Shown one piece after another: positions 48,620 through 58,069 of a stretch of DNA of 64,000 nucleotides. The notes below the pieces were generated by a model that worked only from the letters and a program-made list of their open reading frames with translations, ran no database searches and had not been told where the DNA came from. The DNA comes from a bacterium (GTDB lineage: Bacteria; DRYD01): the NCBI GenBank assembly GCA_030549815.1, contig JAUQQQ010000004.1, positions 85,827 through 149,826 on the forward strand. The letters run 5' to 3'. Made by a program: the position numbers and the translations under genes. Numbering within the stretch: the first letter of the stretch is position 1; each line of letters starts with the position of its first letter.

Positions 48620-49090
48620 ATGGATATGTCTGTAAATAATGTCGAAAGAGGAAGTAAAATAACATTCAAAGGAGTTGAGGTTACAGGACCAAAGGGAACC
48701 AAAGAAGTCGAAATTAGTGGTGACAAAGTTGAAAAAACTCCAGAAGATTCCTTTTGGCAAGGGGTAGGGAAAGGAATAGCAAGAGCTATAGTAGGTGGAG
48801 CATATCCAGTAATAACAGGCACACTTAAAGCAGCTGAAGGGTATGAAAATGCCAAAGAAGCAGCAAAAGATGTTGGATTAAATGAATGGGGAATTGCGAA
48901 GGCAGGGCTTAAAGGAGCTTTAGTTGGTGGTATTAAAGGATTTGCACACGGATTACTTGATACTGCAGCTATAGGAGCATTAGTAGCATTAGGAGGAGTT
49001 CTTGGTGGTCCTTTAGGAGCTGCATTAGCAGCAACAGTAGGTGCAGGTTTCTACAACTTAGCAAAAGACGCCATTAGAGCTAACGATTAA
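48620..49090 (+). CDS. Glycine/alanine-rich membrane protein of unknown function (paralog A)
   Basis: AGGAGG RBS at 48606-48611 supports the ATG at 48620; GxxxG-rich hydrophobic segments. Confidence 0.8.
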   Translation: MDMSVNNVERGSKITFKGVEVTGPKGTKEVEISGDKVEKTPEDSFWQGVGKGIARAIVGGAYPVITGTLKAAEGYENAKEAAKDVGLNEWGIAKAGLKGALVGGIKGFAHGLLDTAAIGALVALGGVLGGPLGAALAATVGAGFYNLAKDAIRAND

Positions 49091-49128
49091 AAAATAAATT
49101 AGCAGAAAGTGCACTTTTCTAAAGCTTT

Positions 49129-49722
49129 ATGAATGAAGTAAAAATAACAAATAAAATAAAATTAGAAAGTAAAATAACATTCAAAGGAGTTAAGGTTACA
49201 GGTCCAAATGGAACTAAAGAAGTTAAAATTACTGGAGATAAAATTGAAGAAACATTAAAAGATTCTTTTAAACAAGGATTACTTAAAGGTTTAGTTGTAT
49301 CTACATTAGGAATATCACTACCCCTATATACTACAGTGATGTTCTGGAGTGGATCAGCAAACGCACTACCAATCAAACTATACGGACTATTGGGATTATC
49401 ATACCCACTTTTAATATCTATCATAAAAGCAATTGAAGGATACAAAAATTCAGAAAAAGCAGCAAAAGAGGTGGGATTAAATAAACAACAAAGTATAAAC
49501 GCCGGAATTAAAGGGTCAATATTAGGATCAATTAAAGGTATTTGCCACGGATTAATCGACTACACAATATTAGGAACATCAACTTTAATGTTGTTAAGTT
49601 TAATTCCAGTATCGCCAATTTTTACACCATTAGCAATATTATCAACAGGATTAGTATTAGGAGGATTGTATAATATTATTAAAGATAAAGTAAGGAAACA
49701 CTTTTTATCAAATAATAGATGA
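49129..49722 (+). CDS. Glycine-rich membrane protein (paralog B)
   Basis: Full-length similarity to paralog A at protein and DNA level; extra hydrophobic stretch of about 28 aa. Confidence 0.75.
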   Translation: MNEVKITNKIKLESKITFKGVKVTGPNGTKEVKITGDKIEETLKDSFKQGLLKGLVVSTLGISLPLYTTVMFWSGSANALPIKLYGLLGLSYPLLISIIKAIEGYKNSEKAAKEVGLNKQQSINAGIKGSILGSIKGICHGLIDYTILGTSTLMLLSLIPVSPIFTPLAILSTGLVLGGLYNIIKDKVRKHFLSNNR

Positions 49723-51953
49723 AAATCTATATAACTCCAAATTCGAACTACCACACAACAGAGTATGAAAAGGGCAAAAAAATTTTTAAAATACCAAACA
49801 TATTGGTTGATGAAAACTTAAAAGACTTTATTCCTTACCCATCTCTTAACCCAGTTCAAACCATATTTTATAAATACTATGATAAGAATTTAAAAAATGT
49901 AATTGTTTCTACACCAACATCATCAGGAAAAACTGGAATTATTTATCTTTCTTTATCCAAACACTTTGACGAAAATAAATTTAGAGGATTTATCTACGCT
50001 GGGCCAACAAAAGCATTAATCGAAGAAAAATACAAGGAATTTAAAAACTTTTTCACTCCTAAAAATTTATCCGTCGATATAAAAACAGGGGATTATATCT
50101 CAAAAAAGATTAGTCCTTCAACTAATATAATCTGCACTACCTACGACAGCTTGGCTATAGCAATAAGGAATAATATCGATTGGATAGACAAAAACTTCAT
50201 AGTCATCGACGAAGTTCATAGTATAATATCCAACTTAGGTAAATACTTGATAGAAATTCTTGCACTTTGTAAAAATTACGATATTCCTCTAATTACACTT
50301 TCTGCTACATTACCTATTTTGAAAGATTTGGAAGAATATCTTAAACCTGAATTAACCATAATAAGTGATTACAGGCCTGTAAAACTCAACCATTACTCCG
50401 TTTTCATCGATAGTAACTTCTTGAAACACATAGATTTACCCGTAAAAACTAACAAAGTGGAAGAGAACTCAATAATTTTTGTGTTAAACAACGCAATAGA
50501 GAGAGCAAAAAGAAAAGAGAAAGTAATGATCTTTGTTTGGTCTAAAAATTTGGGATGGAAATTCTTAAAATTCGCCGAATTATTAGGTCTTAAAATAAAA
50601 AACCAAACCCTTAATTTTGAAAAAACTAAAGAACCAACTTCAGATATAGAAATAGCCTTCCATAATGCAGATATACCATTTGAAGAAAAACAAATGATAG
50701 AACAGGAATTTAGAAATGAAGGTTCAAATTTGAGAATTTTAATAGCAACTCAAACTTTAGCTTTGGGAGTAAATCTACCTGCAGACACCGCTTTTATAAA
50801 TATCAAATCTTTCTTCAATAATGGAGAAATACAAATTTTACCATCAATTTTAGATATATTACAAGAAGAAGGTAGAGTTGGTAGATTTGGATTAAGAGAA
50901 GAAGGAACAAGTTTTAGAGTATTCTGGAGCAGCCCTAATTACCTAAGACCCAAACTGCAAAATTTAGAAAAAATAAACACAAACTTTTCTAATTTCTTTA
51001 ATAACTCTTTTTTCTACAATACCTTATCAATACTTATTCTTTCATCCCTTAACCTTTTTAGTGATGAAAGATTAGTTTTTAGCTCTATTATAAGCAAATA
51101 TCTTGAAAAAGATGAATTAAAACAGATAACTTCAAGCTACATAAAAATCTTAGAAAAATGGAAATTTATAGAAAATAACACTTTGACAAATAAAGCTTTT
51201 ATTTCTTTACTTTCCAACATCCCCCCTCACTTCTTACAGGGATTCCTTGAAATCAGAAAATACAAACGAGAAATAAAATACTATTACATTGATTTTGCAT
51301 ACATCCTCTCAATAAGAAACCTCCTTCATACAAAGAATTTTATGTCATACGCAGAAGTCTATGGATATAAAAACTGGGAACATATAATTCAACATACATT
51401 TAACTTAACAAAATCAGATATGATTAAAATAAGAGAAATAATGAAAATGATGTTAGAAAATTACATCGGATTTTTTACTTTAGACGATAAATCAATCGAA
51501 AAATTATTCTTTAGCTTATGGGAATACTTAGGATGGATAACAGGAATAATCATCAACGAATACGAAAAACCAATTGGAGAATACTCAACTTTAAAAACAG
51601 ATATAAATCATCTCATATGGCTATTAAATAAAATACTAACAAAACAAGAAATAGAACAAGACAAAGAATTTATAAAAAGACTTGAATTAAGCCTAATTTA
51701 CGGATGTAATCCCAATTATTCAATATTGGGAAAAATAAAGGATATCGGACACAAAAGATTATCCATAATATCTAACATATTGAGAGAAAACAAAATAGAA
51801 TACATAGAAAATGAAAACCAAATACTTGAAATTAAGGATAAATTTAATTTACATCAAAATCATGAATTAAAGACGATATATAGTATAATAGAAAAGCATT
51901 TGAAAAAGCAAAATTTAGCTTCATTAGAAAGATCAAACATAGAAACCAAATAG
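49719..51953 (+). CDS. Ski2/Hel308-like superfamily 2 helicase
   Basis: Q motif LNPVQ, TPTSSGKT, TYD, DEVH, LSAT, FHNA, TQTLALGVNLPA, QEEGRVGR. Confidence 0.88.
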   Translation: MKIYITPNSNYHTTEYEKGKKIFKIPNILVDENLKDFIPYPSLNPVQTIFYKYYDKNLKNVIVSTPTSSGKTGIIYLSLSKHFDENKFRGFIYAGPTKALIEEKYKEFKNFFTPKNLSVDIKTGDYISKKISPSTNIICTTYDSLAIAIRNNIDWIDKNFIVIDEVHSIISNLGKYLIEILALCKNYDIPLITLSATLPILKDLEEYLKPELTIISDYRPVKLNHYSVFIDSNFLKHIDLPVKTNKVEENSIIFVLNNAIERAKRKEKVMIFVWSKNLGWKFLKFAELLGLKIKNQTLNFEKTKEPTSDIEIAFHNADIPFEEKQMIEQEFRNEGSNLRILIATQTLALGVNLPADTAFINIKSFFNNGEIQILPSILDILQEEGRVGRFGLREEGTSFRVFWSSPNYLRPKLQNLEKINTNFSNFFNNSFFYNTLSILILSSLNLFSDERLVFSSIISKYLEKDELKQITSSYIKILEKWKFIENNTLTNKAFISLLSNIPPHFLQGFLEIRKYKREIKYYYIDFAYILSIRNLLHTKNFMSYAEVYGYKNWEHIIQHTFNLTKSDMIKIREIMKMMLENYIGFFTLDDKSIEKLFFSLWEYLGWITGIIINEYEKPIGEYSTLKTDINHLIWLLNKILTKQEIEQDKEFIKRLELSLIYGCNPNYSILGKIKDIGHKRLSIISNILRENKIEYIENENQILEIKDKFNLHQNHELKTIYSIIEKHLKKQNLASLERSNIETK

Positions 51954-52000
51954 AAACTTGACATCTTTTCTTGTTTACAAAGTTCAAATAAAAATAGATA

Positions 52001-52025
52001 AAATCCGTCTACTGTGGTAGTTCAC
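52001..52025 (+). mobile_element. Possible IS200/IS605 right-end remnant
   Basis: AAATCCGTCTACTGTGGTAGTTCAC; the terminal GTGGTAGTTCAC resembles tnpB-element right ends. Confidence 0.3.
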
Positions 52026-52040
52026 TTTTCTAAAATAATT

Positions 52041-53426
52041 CTATATATGCAGTATCAGTTTAGCAACAGTAAAATATATTATTAATCCTGTAGCATCTAC
52101 AAAAGTAGCGATAAATGGAGCAGACATGACTGCGGGATCTATTTTTAACTTCTTTGCTATAATCGGTAATATAGAACCAATTAATGTAGCCCACACTACT
52201 ATCAACATCTGAGAAATAACAACAACAGGAACTATCTCCCACCTTATCTTTAAAACAAAAATCCCCATAGTTAAAACATAAATTACTGCAACAATACCAA
52301 TCTGAAAACTCAAAAATAAACCTACTTTAAATTCCTTTTTAATAATGTAAAACAGATCCTTTTCAGACAATTCATTCAACGCTAAAGATCTTAATATTGT
52401 TACAGAAGATTGAGATCCGGAGTTTCCACCTGTCCCAACTAAAAGAGGGATAAAAAAAGATAACTGCACATATTTCTCCAAAGTTTCACTGAAGCTAGAA
52501 ATAACATTACTTGTTAAAGAAGAAGCGAGAAACAAAAAAACTAACCATGTTGCCCTTTTAAAAGCAAGTTGAAAAGGAGTCAATTGAACATATGGTTCTT
52601 CAAAAGATTCAACAGCACCACTCTTAAGTATATCCTCTGAATATTCTTCAAATATCACTTCTATAATATCATCATGTGTTATTATTCCTATCAATTTTTG
52701 ATCCTTATCAACGACAGGAATAGCTAATAAGTCGTAATCTCTTAATAATTTTGCAACCTCCTCTTTATCATCCAAAGCAGAACAGTATACCAATTTTATC
52801 GTCATAATAGATTTAACTTGCAAATATGGTTTAGAAATAACTAACTCTTTTAATGATACAACTCCGACCAATTTATCATCACTATTAACAATATAAATAT
52901 AGTTAAGGAAATCTGGTAAATCACCAATTTCAGCTTTTCTTCTTATTATTTCTAATGTTTCTCCAACTGTATAATAGGGGTAAATCTTAAGGAAACTCCT
53001 GGTAGTTAGCCTTGCAGCACTGTTTTCTGGGTATTTCAGGTATTCTGCTATTTCAGAATACTCCTTAGGGTCTAATTTTTGAATAATCTCTTCTTTAACT
53101 TCGTCAGGTAGTTGATCAACGACCTCAGCCGCTTCCTCTTCATCCATTTCCGCTATCATTTGAACAATATTTTTTATATCTATTTCTTTCAATATTTTTT
53201 CAACCAAACCATCATCGAGCTCAGTTATTATAAGAGAAATTTTCTCGATTGGTAGTTTTGTAAGAAAAGATTTGATTATATTCCAGTCTTCAATAGAACT
53301 AACAGCCTTGGCAATTATTGGAATGTTAATCTCATCAAAAAAGTGAGGGTCATCAACAAAATCATAATTTCCAGTTTCATAAGCTTTAATTATTGCTTCC
53401 TTTAATTCTTCAACATTTATTAGCAT
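52041..53426 (-). CDS. mgtE: Magnesium transporter MgtE
   Basis: YPENSAARL, tandem CBS domains, GIITHDD, PLLVGTGGNSGSQS, DPAVMSAPFIATFVD. Confidence 0.95.
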   Translation of the reverse strand: MLINVEELKEAIIKAYETGNYDFVDDPHFFDEINIPIIAKAVSSIEDWNIIKSFLTKLPIEKISLIITELDDGLVEKILKEIDIKNIVQMIAEMDEEEAAEVVDQLPDEVKEEIIQKLDPKEYSEIAEYLKYPENSAARLTTRSFLKIYPYYTVGETLEIIRRKAEIGDLPDFLNYIYIVNSDDKLVGVVSLKELVISKPYLQVKSIMTIKLVYCSALDDKEEVAKLLRDYDLLAIPVVDKDQKLIGIITHDDIIEVIFEEYSEDILKSGAVESFEEPYVQLTPFQLAFKRATWLVFLFLASSLTSNVISSFSETLEKYVQLSFFIPLLVGTGGNSGSQSSVTILRSLALNELSEKDLFYIIKKEFKVGLFLSFQIGIVAVIYVLTMGIFVLKIRWEIVPVVVISQMLIVVWATLIGSILPIIAKKLKIDPAVMSAPFIATFVDATGLIIYFTVAKLILHI

Positions 53427-53679
53427 TACGTTTCAAATAGCGAGTAACTTTCGATTTTATGTTATACCTATACATGTAAAATTTTAAAATATTTACCGAA
53501 AAATTAGAACAATTAATAATAACTTTTTTACCTTTATTATTGAGTAGAACTATTAGAGGCTTAAATTCATTATTCCTAAAAACGAGATCATTTTTTATAC
53601 TATCATTTATATCTAGATTCATTAATTTCAAGGTTTTGACGAAGAAGTCAACGTAATTAAGGCTTAAAAATTTAAACAT
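53410..53679 (-). CDS. Small hypothetical protein
   Basis: 89-aa ORF filling the sbcC-mgtE gap on the same strand; no motif and weak RBS. Confidence 0.4.
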   Translation of the reverse strand: MFKFLSLNYVDFFVKTLKLMNLDINDSIKNDLVFRNNEFKPLIVLLNNKGKKVIINCSNFSVNILKFYMYRYNIKSKVTRYLKRNANKC

Positions 53680-53710
53680 CTTTGTTTATATTTCTATATC
53701 CAATTACATT

Positions 53711-56617
53711 CTACCTTTCCAATCTATTAATGATTTCAACAGAAGATCCATCTTTCCCCTTATTAACCTTTATAACATAATTGAACCTATCCTTTATTTC
53801 TTCGACATGAGTAATTATTCCTAAAACTTTGTCGGAATTGTTGTAGAAATAATTTTCAAGGTAATCTATAACATCGTTAAGGGTATTTATATCCAAAGTC
53901 CCAAATCCTTCATCAATGAACATACTCTTAACTTGATATTTAGAAATACTCATAAGGTCACTTATAGCCATAGCAATGGATAAGGAAGTTAGGAATTTTT
54001 CACCCCCTGATAAGCTTTTAACTGTTCTTCTTACCCCATACCAACTATCAAAAACTTCAATATCTTCTGAAAAATCAATGGAATATCTTCCCTCAGTAAT
54101 TTCGCCCAGTATCAGGTTTGCTTTTTTAGTGACCATATCAAAGATAGTTTGAAAAACGAAATCGAGAAAATCTCTTCCTTTACCACCTCCAAAATCATTT
54201 TTCAAAATTTCGAGTATTTTAAATTTTTCCTCTTCTTCCTTAATCTTTTTTTCCAAATTAATCAACTCATCTTCAATTCTTTTTACTAACTCAAATGTGT
54301 TAATACTTTCATTTACTTTTTCTAATATTTGTTGAGTTTTATTGATTTCATTATCCAAAAAATCAGAAAATTTTTTGTATTCACTACTCAAATCTTCTAA
54401 TATCTTTATATTTTTACCAAAATTGGAAACATTTTGTAAATCATCTTGAAGTAAATCATTAATTTTGTTTTGTAGTTTCCCGATAATTTCATCATCCACT
54501 TCTTTGATCTCAATAACAAATTTAATTATTTGCTCTGTATTGTTAATTATTAAATTTATCATATTGCTTAATTTATCGAATTTTTGTTTTAATTCTTTAA
54601 AATATTCAATATTTTGCTTTTCCTTCTTTAACAACGAATATATTTTGTCAAAGTCAGGGTATTCATTCAATTTTTTTAAGTTTTTTTCAAAATTAGGATT
54701 AAGTAATATTTTTTGAATACTTTCGTAATCATTGTTTATTACTTTCTCTCTAAATCTTTTGATAAACTTTTCCAAATTTTCCAGTTTTTTGTTAAGTTCA
54801 TTTATTTCTTTATCAAGTTCTTCATTTAAACTAAACAGATTGATAGAAATTTTAAAATCAGCATTAGTATTAACATAATCTACTAATTTTTGATATAGAT
54901 TATCTATTAAAAACAGTTGATTAAAAAGTAATTCAACTTTTTCCAGATTTTTTTTCAAATCCAATTTTTGGTTATAAAACTCTTCTAATAGTTTCTCGAC
55001 ATTTCTGTAAAAATCGGTCTGTATTGATTGGTTTATTTTGAATAACTCCCCTTTAAATTTTTCAATTTCATTAATTAACGTTTTCAATTCTTCCTTTTTT
55101 TGTTCCAATTCAGATTTTGAAGAAGCATACTCCCTGCTTTTCTTTAGTATTTCATTTCCAATTTTTTTCTTTCTTTCATTCAATTCTTTTATTTTTCGGT
55201 CAATTTCTTCGATAAATTGTATTATTTTTGTATCACCTTTTTGAACAGAAGATTCGATAAACTTTTTTTCTTCTTGTCCCATAAGGCAAGAGCAAACCAA
55301 GCATTTCTGAATGTTTTGTTTTAACATAAATTCCTGAATATGCAAAACATGTTGTTTAACTTCTAGTTTTTCTTTTAGACTCTCTCTTTTCCTTTCCAAA
55401 CCATCAATTTCTTCCTCTATCTCTTCTTCTTCTTTCTTTAATTTTTGTAGAATAATCTCCACCTTATCTACCACTTCTTCCAAATTATTTATTCTTTGTT
55501 CTAAATTTTGAATCTTCTCTTGGGTTTGATGCATATTTTGCTCTAAATTATTTATTTCCTTTATTTTTATTATAAAGTCAACGAGTTCTTTTTGTGGCAA
55601 ATTATTTTGGATTAAAGATAAAAGCCTAAAATAAGATAAATCAACCTTTGACAGTTCTTCTTGAAATTTCAGATATTTATTATTCAACACCTTACACAAA
55701 CTTTTATTAAAATCCAAATTATTAATCAACTGACTAACAAAATTTTCTTTGTTTTCCAAATCCTGTAAATAACTTAGAAAATGTAATTTTTCTTTAAACT
55801 CTTCAATCATTTGATTTATTTTCAAGAATAAATCATTTCTCAACATTCCTTTTAGGATAAGCATTTTCTGAAGTAGTTCTTTATATTTGATTTGATCATT
55901 TTTTAACTTTTCTATATCCAAAGTTTGTATATTTTGCTTATAATGATTGATTTGTTCTATTTTAGATTCTTTTTCTCTATTTAAATTTTGTATAAATGCT
56001 TTTAAGCTATTATATTCTTCGAATATTTTTTGTTTAATTTTTTCGTAAATAGTTAGATTAAACAGTTCAAATATGAGATTCTTTCTGTCCTTTGGTTTAA
56101 GGTAAAGAAACCTATCGAAAGCATTTTGAGGTAGGAAAATACTTTTGGTAAAAGCATCATAAGCTTTTTTAATATCTTCCATACCCAATATCTTACATAT
56201 TTCTTGCTCGTATTCTTTAGTTTTAGCAGAAACTGTACTGACATTGGAAGAAGATATTTTCTTAAGAATAACCTCACTTCTTTTAGTTTTCTCTTCTCCA
56301 TCCTCAATACTAAATTCAACTTTTCTAATAATAGCATAATCCTGATTAGCTATAGAAAAATCAAGCTCTACCTCAACATAGTTTGTTTTTTTATGTTTAT
56401 TATGTTCATTTTTTGATACGATAAATTTTAGTATTTTATCATTATCCTCATATCTTGGTATTCTGCCAAAAACTGCGTACGATATAGCTTCGAGAATGGT
56501 AGTTTTTCCAGATCCCGTAGGTCCTGAAATTAGAAAAAAACCACTGTTAGGAAACAAAATTTCCGTTCTCTTAAAATAACTACCAAAATTATAAAGGACA
56601 AGTCTTTTAATAATCAT
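53711..56617 (-). CDS. sbcC: SbcC/Rad50 SMC-family ATPase
   Basis: GPTGSGKT, LPQNAF (Q-loop), coiled coils with central CLVC hook, LSGGEKF, FIDEGFGTLD, ITH. Confidence 0.93.
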   Translation of the reverse strand: MIIKRLVLYNFGSYFKRTEILFPNSGFFLISGPTGSGKTTILEAISYAVFGRIPRYEDNDKILKFIVSKNEHNKHKKTNYVEVELDFSIANQDYAIIRKVEFSIEDGEEKTKRSEVILKKISSSNVSTVSAKTKEYEQEICKILGMEDIKKAYDAFTKSIFLPQNAFDRFLYLKPKDRKNLIFELFNLTIYEKIKQKIFEEYNSLKAFIQNLNREKESKIEQINHYKQNIQTLDIEKLKNDQIKYKELLQKMLILKGMLRNDLFLKINQMIEEFKEKLHFLSYLQDLENKENFVSQLINNLDFNKSLCKVLNNKYLKFQEELSKVDLSYFRLLSLIQNNLPQKELVDFIIKIKEINNLEQNMHQTQEKIQNLEQRINNLEEVVDKVEIILQKLKKEEEEIEEEIDGLERKRESLKEKLEVKQHVLHIQEFMLKQNIQKCLVCSCLMGQEEKKFIESSVQKGDTKIIQFIEEIDRKIKELNERKKKIGNEILKKSREYASSKSELEQKKEELKTLINEIEKFKGELFKINQSIQTDFYRNVEKLLEEFYNQKLDLKKNLEKVELLFNQLFLIDNLYQKLVDYVNTNADFKISINLFSLNEELDKEINELNKKLENLEKFIKRFREKVINNDYESIQKILLNPNFEKNLKKLNEYPDFDKIYSLLKKEKQNIEYFKELKQKFDKLSNMINLIINNTEQIIKFVIEIKEVDDEIIGKLQNKINDLLQDDLQNVSNFGKNIKILEDLSSEYKKFSDFLDNEINKTQQILEKVNESINTFELVKRIEDELINLEKKIKEEEEKFKILEILKNDFGGGKGRDFLDFVFQTIFDMVTKKANLILGEITEGRYSIDFSEDIEVFDSWYGVRRTVKSLSGGEKFLTSLSIAMAISDLMSISKYQVKSMFIDEGFGTLDINTLNDVIDYLENYFYNNSDKVLGIITHVEEIKDRFNYVIKVNKGKDGSSVEIINRLER

Positions 56618-57282
56618 GGGACAAAATACATAGGGTTAGGAAGTTTAAAAACTTGCTCACTGTATCCACCTAACAAATCTGACCACTGATCTCCTATGTT
56701 TATTATTATCTTATATCCCATCTCTTCTATTTCTCTCCTACAAGAAGATTTATATTCAACGGTTGACATTTTGACATCCATAGGTTTAAGATATAATTTT
56801 TTCCATCCATAAAATCCTTCTTTCTTGAGGTTAATGACGGTAGGGTCATTTGCCAAATCAGAATTAATCTGATTCCTACCGGTTATGATAAAAACACTAA
56901 CATTTAAATTCTGACAGATTTTATATAATTTTTGAGTAGGTTTTATAGCTTTAGCGTTTGCTTCCTTTACCCATTCATTCCACGTACTATAACTAAAACC
57001 AAAATCATACCTATACTCATATTCCAAGTTAGACAACAAAGTTTCATCAATATCAAATACGACAGCAGGTTTTTCAACTTTGTCATACCTACTATACAAG
57101 TATTTTATTGCCTCGTCAACAACCTTCTGAATATCTCTTTCATAACTTCCTGATTCTATATAGTGTTTGATAGATTTCTTGAGGATCCCCAGATTCGGAG
57201 GCTCAGGTACGTCATTAGCAAAAGAAAAATTAATAAGCAAAAATATTGCAATGAATATATTAATAATCCTCATTCCAACCAA
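56614..57282 (-). CDS. Secreted HAD class B (subfamily IIIB) acid phosphatase
   Basis: Signal peptide, FDIDETLLSN, ITGR, IGDQWSDL, FKLPNPMY. Confidence 0.92.
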   Translation of the reverse strand: MVGMRIINIFIAIFLLINFSFANDVPEPPNLGILKKSIKHYIESGSYERDIQKVVDEAIKYLYSRYDKVEKPAVVFDIDETLLSNLEYEYRYDFGFSYSTWNEWVKEANAKAIKPTQKLYKICQNLNVSVFIITGRNQINSDLANDPTVINLKKEGFYGWKKLYLKPMDVKMSTVEYKSSCRREIEEMGYKIIINIGDQWSDLLGGYSEQVFKLPNPMYFVP

Positions 57283-57304
57283 CTCCCTTCCTTAATATTT
57301 ATTT

Positions 57305-58069
57305 CTATACTATTTTATCAACTCTTTTCTTAATTTCAAATAATTCGAAAATTATTTTCCAAACAACTTCTAATATTTTAAAAAATTTATAAGTAGTTTT
57401 TTGATTAGTTTCAACTTTTAAGACAGGAAAAACGAACCCAATATCACATTTTTGATCACTTTTCATATTCTCGATAACGGTATAAAGTATAATTTCAAAA
57501 TGAATAAGAGATGTATTTGAAATTAAATTTTGTTTTATTTTATCGAGAAGGTTTTTTCTTATAACTTTAAATCCTGCCACAAAATCATCTATCCCTTTTA
57601 AATACTTACCAAACATTAATTTTATCAAAAATATAAGTCCTTTATGTAATATTAATCTAACAAAACCAACCTTGTATGAATCTGCTTTCTTTGTTCTATC
57701 CACAGATACAAGACAACAAGAATTTATTAACTTCAAAGAATCATCTATTATATTCAGTTCAAAAGGTAAATCGGAATCCATGATTATCACGACATCATTC
57801 TTTACTTTTTCTATTCCCTTCCTTATTGCAAAACCTATATTCATGTTTTTTTCATAACTAACAATATCGAAAGTAATTTTTTCGTATTGATTACTATTTA
57901 CAAAGTTAGTAATTATATCTAATGTTTTATCCTTGCTTCCATCATTAACGATTACAATTTGAACATCTTGGATCAATTCAAGTTTTTCAATGTAATGGAT
58001 TAATATTTTTAAAGACTCTTCTATAAAATCTTGTGAGTTATATACAGGTAAAATAAAGGATAAATTCAC
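57305..58069 (-). CDS. Family 2 glycosyltransferase (polyprenol-phosphate type)
   Basis: ILPVYN, VNDGSKD, MDSDL. Confidence 0.88.
   Translation of the reverse strand: MNLSFILPVYNSQDFIEESLKILIHYIEKLELIQDVQIVIVNDGSKDKTLDIITNFVNSNQYEKITFDIVSYEKNMNIGFAIRKGIEKVKNDVVIIMDSDLPFELNIIDDSLKLINSCCLVSVDRTKKADSYKVGFVRLILHKGLIFLIKLMFGKYLKGIDDFVAGFKVIRKNLLDKIKQNLISNTSLIHFEIILYTVIENMKSDQKCDIGFVFPVLKVETNQKTTYKFFKILEVVWKIIFELFEIKKRVDKIV

Noticed and set aside
48650-48720. Similarity of VTGPKGT to the ribosomal protein L6 motif VxGPKG
   Set aside because: The match is too short, and the rest of the protein is a hydrophobic glycine-rich sequence unlike L6.
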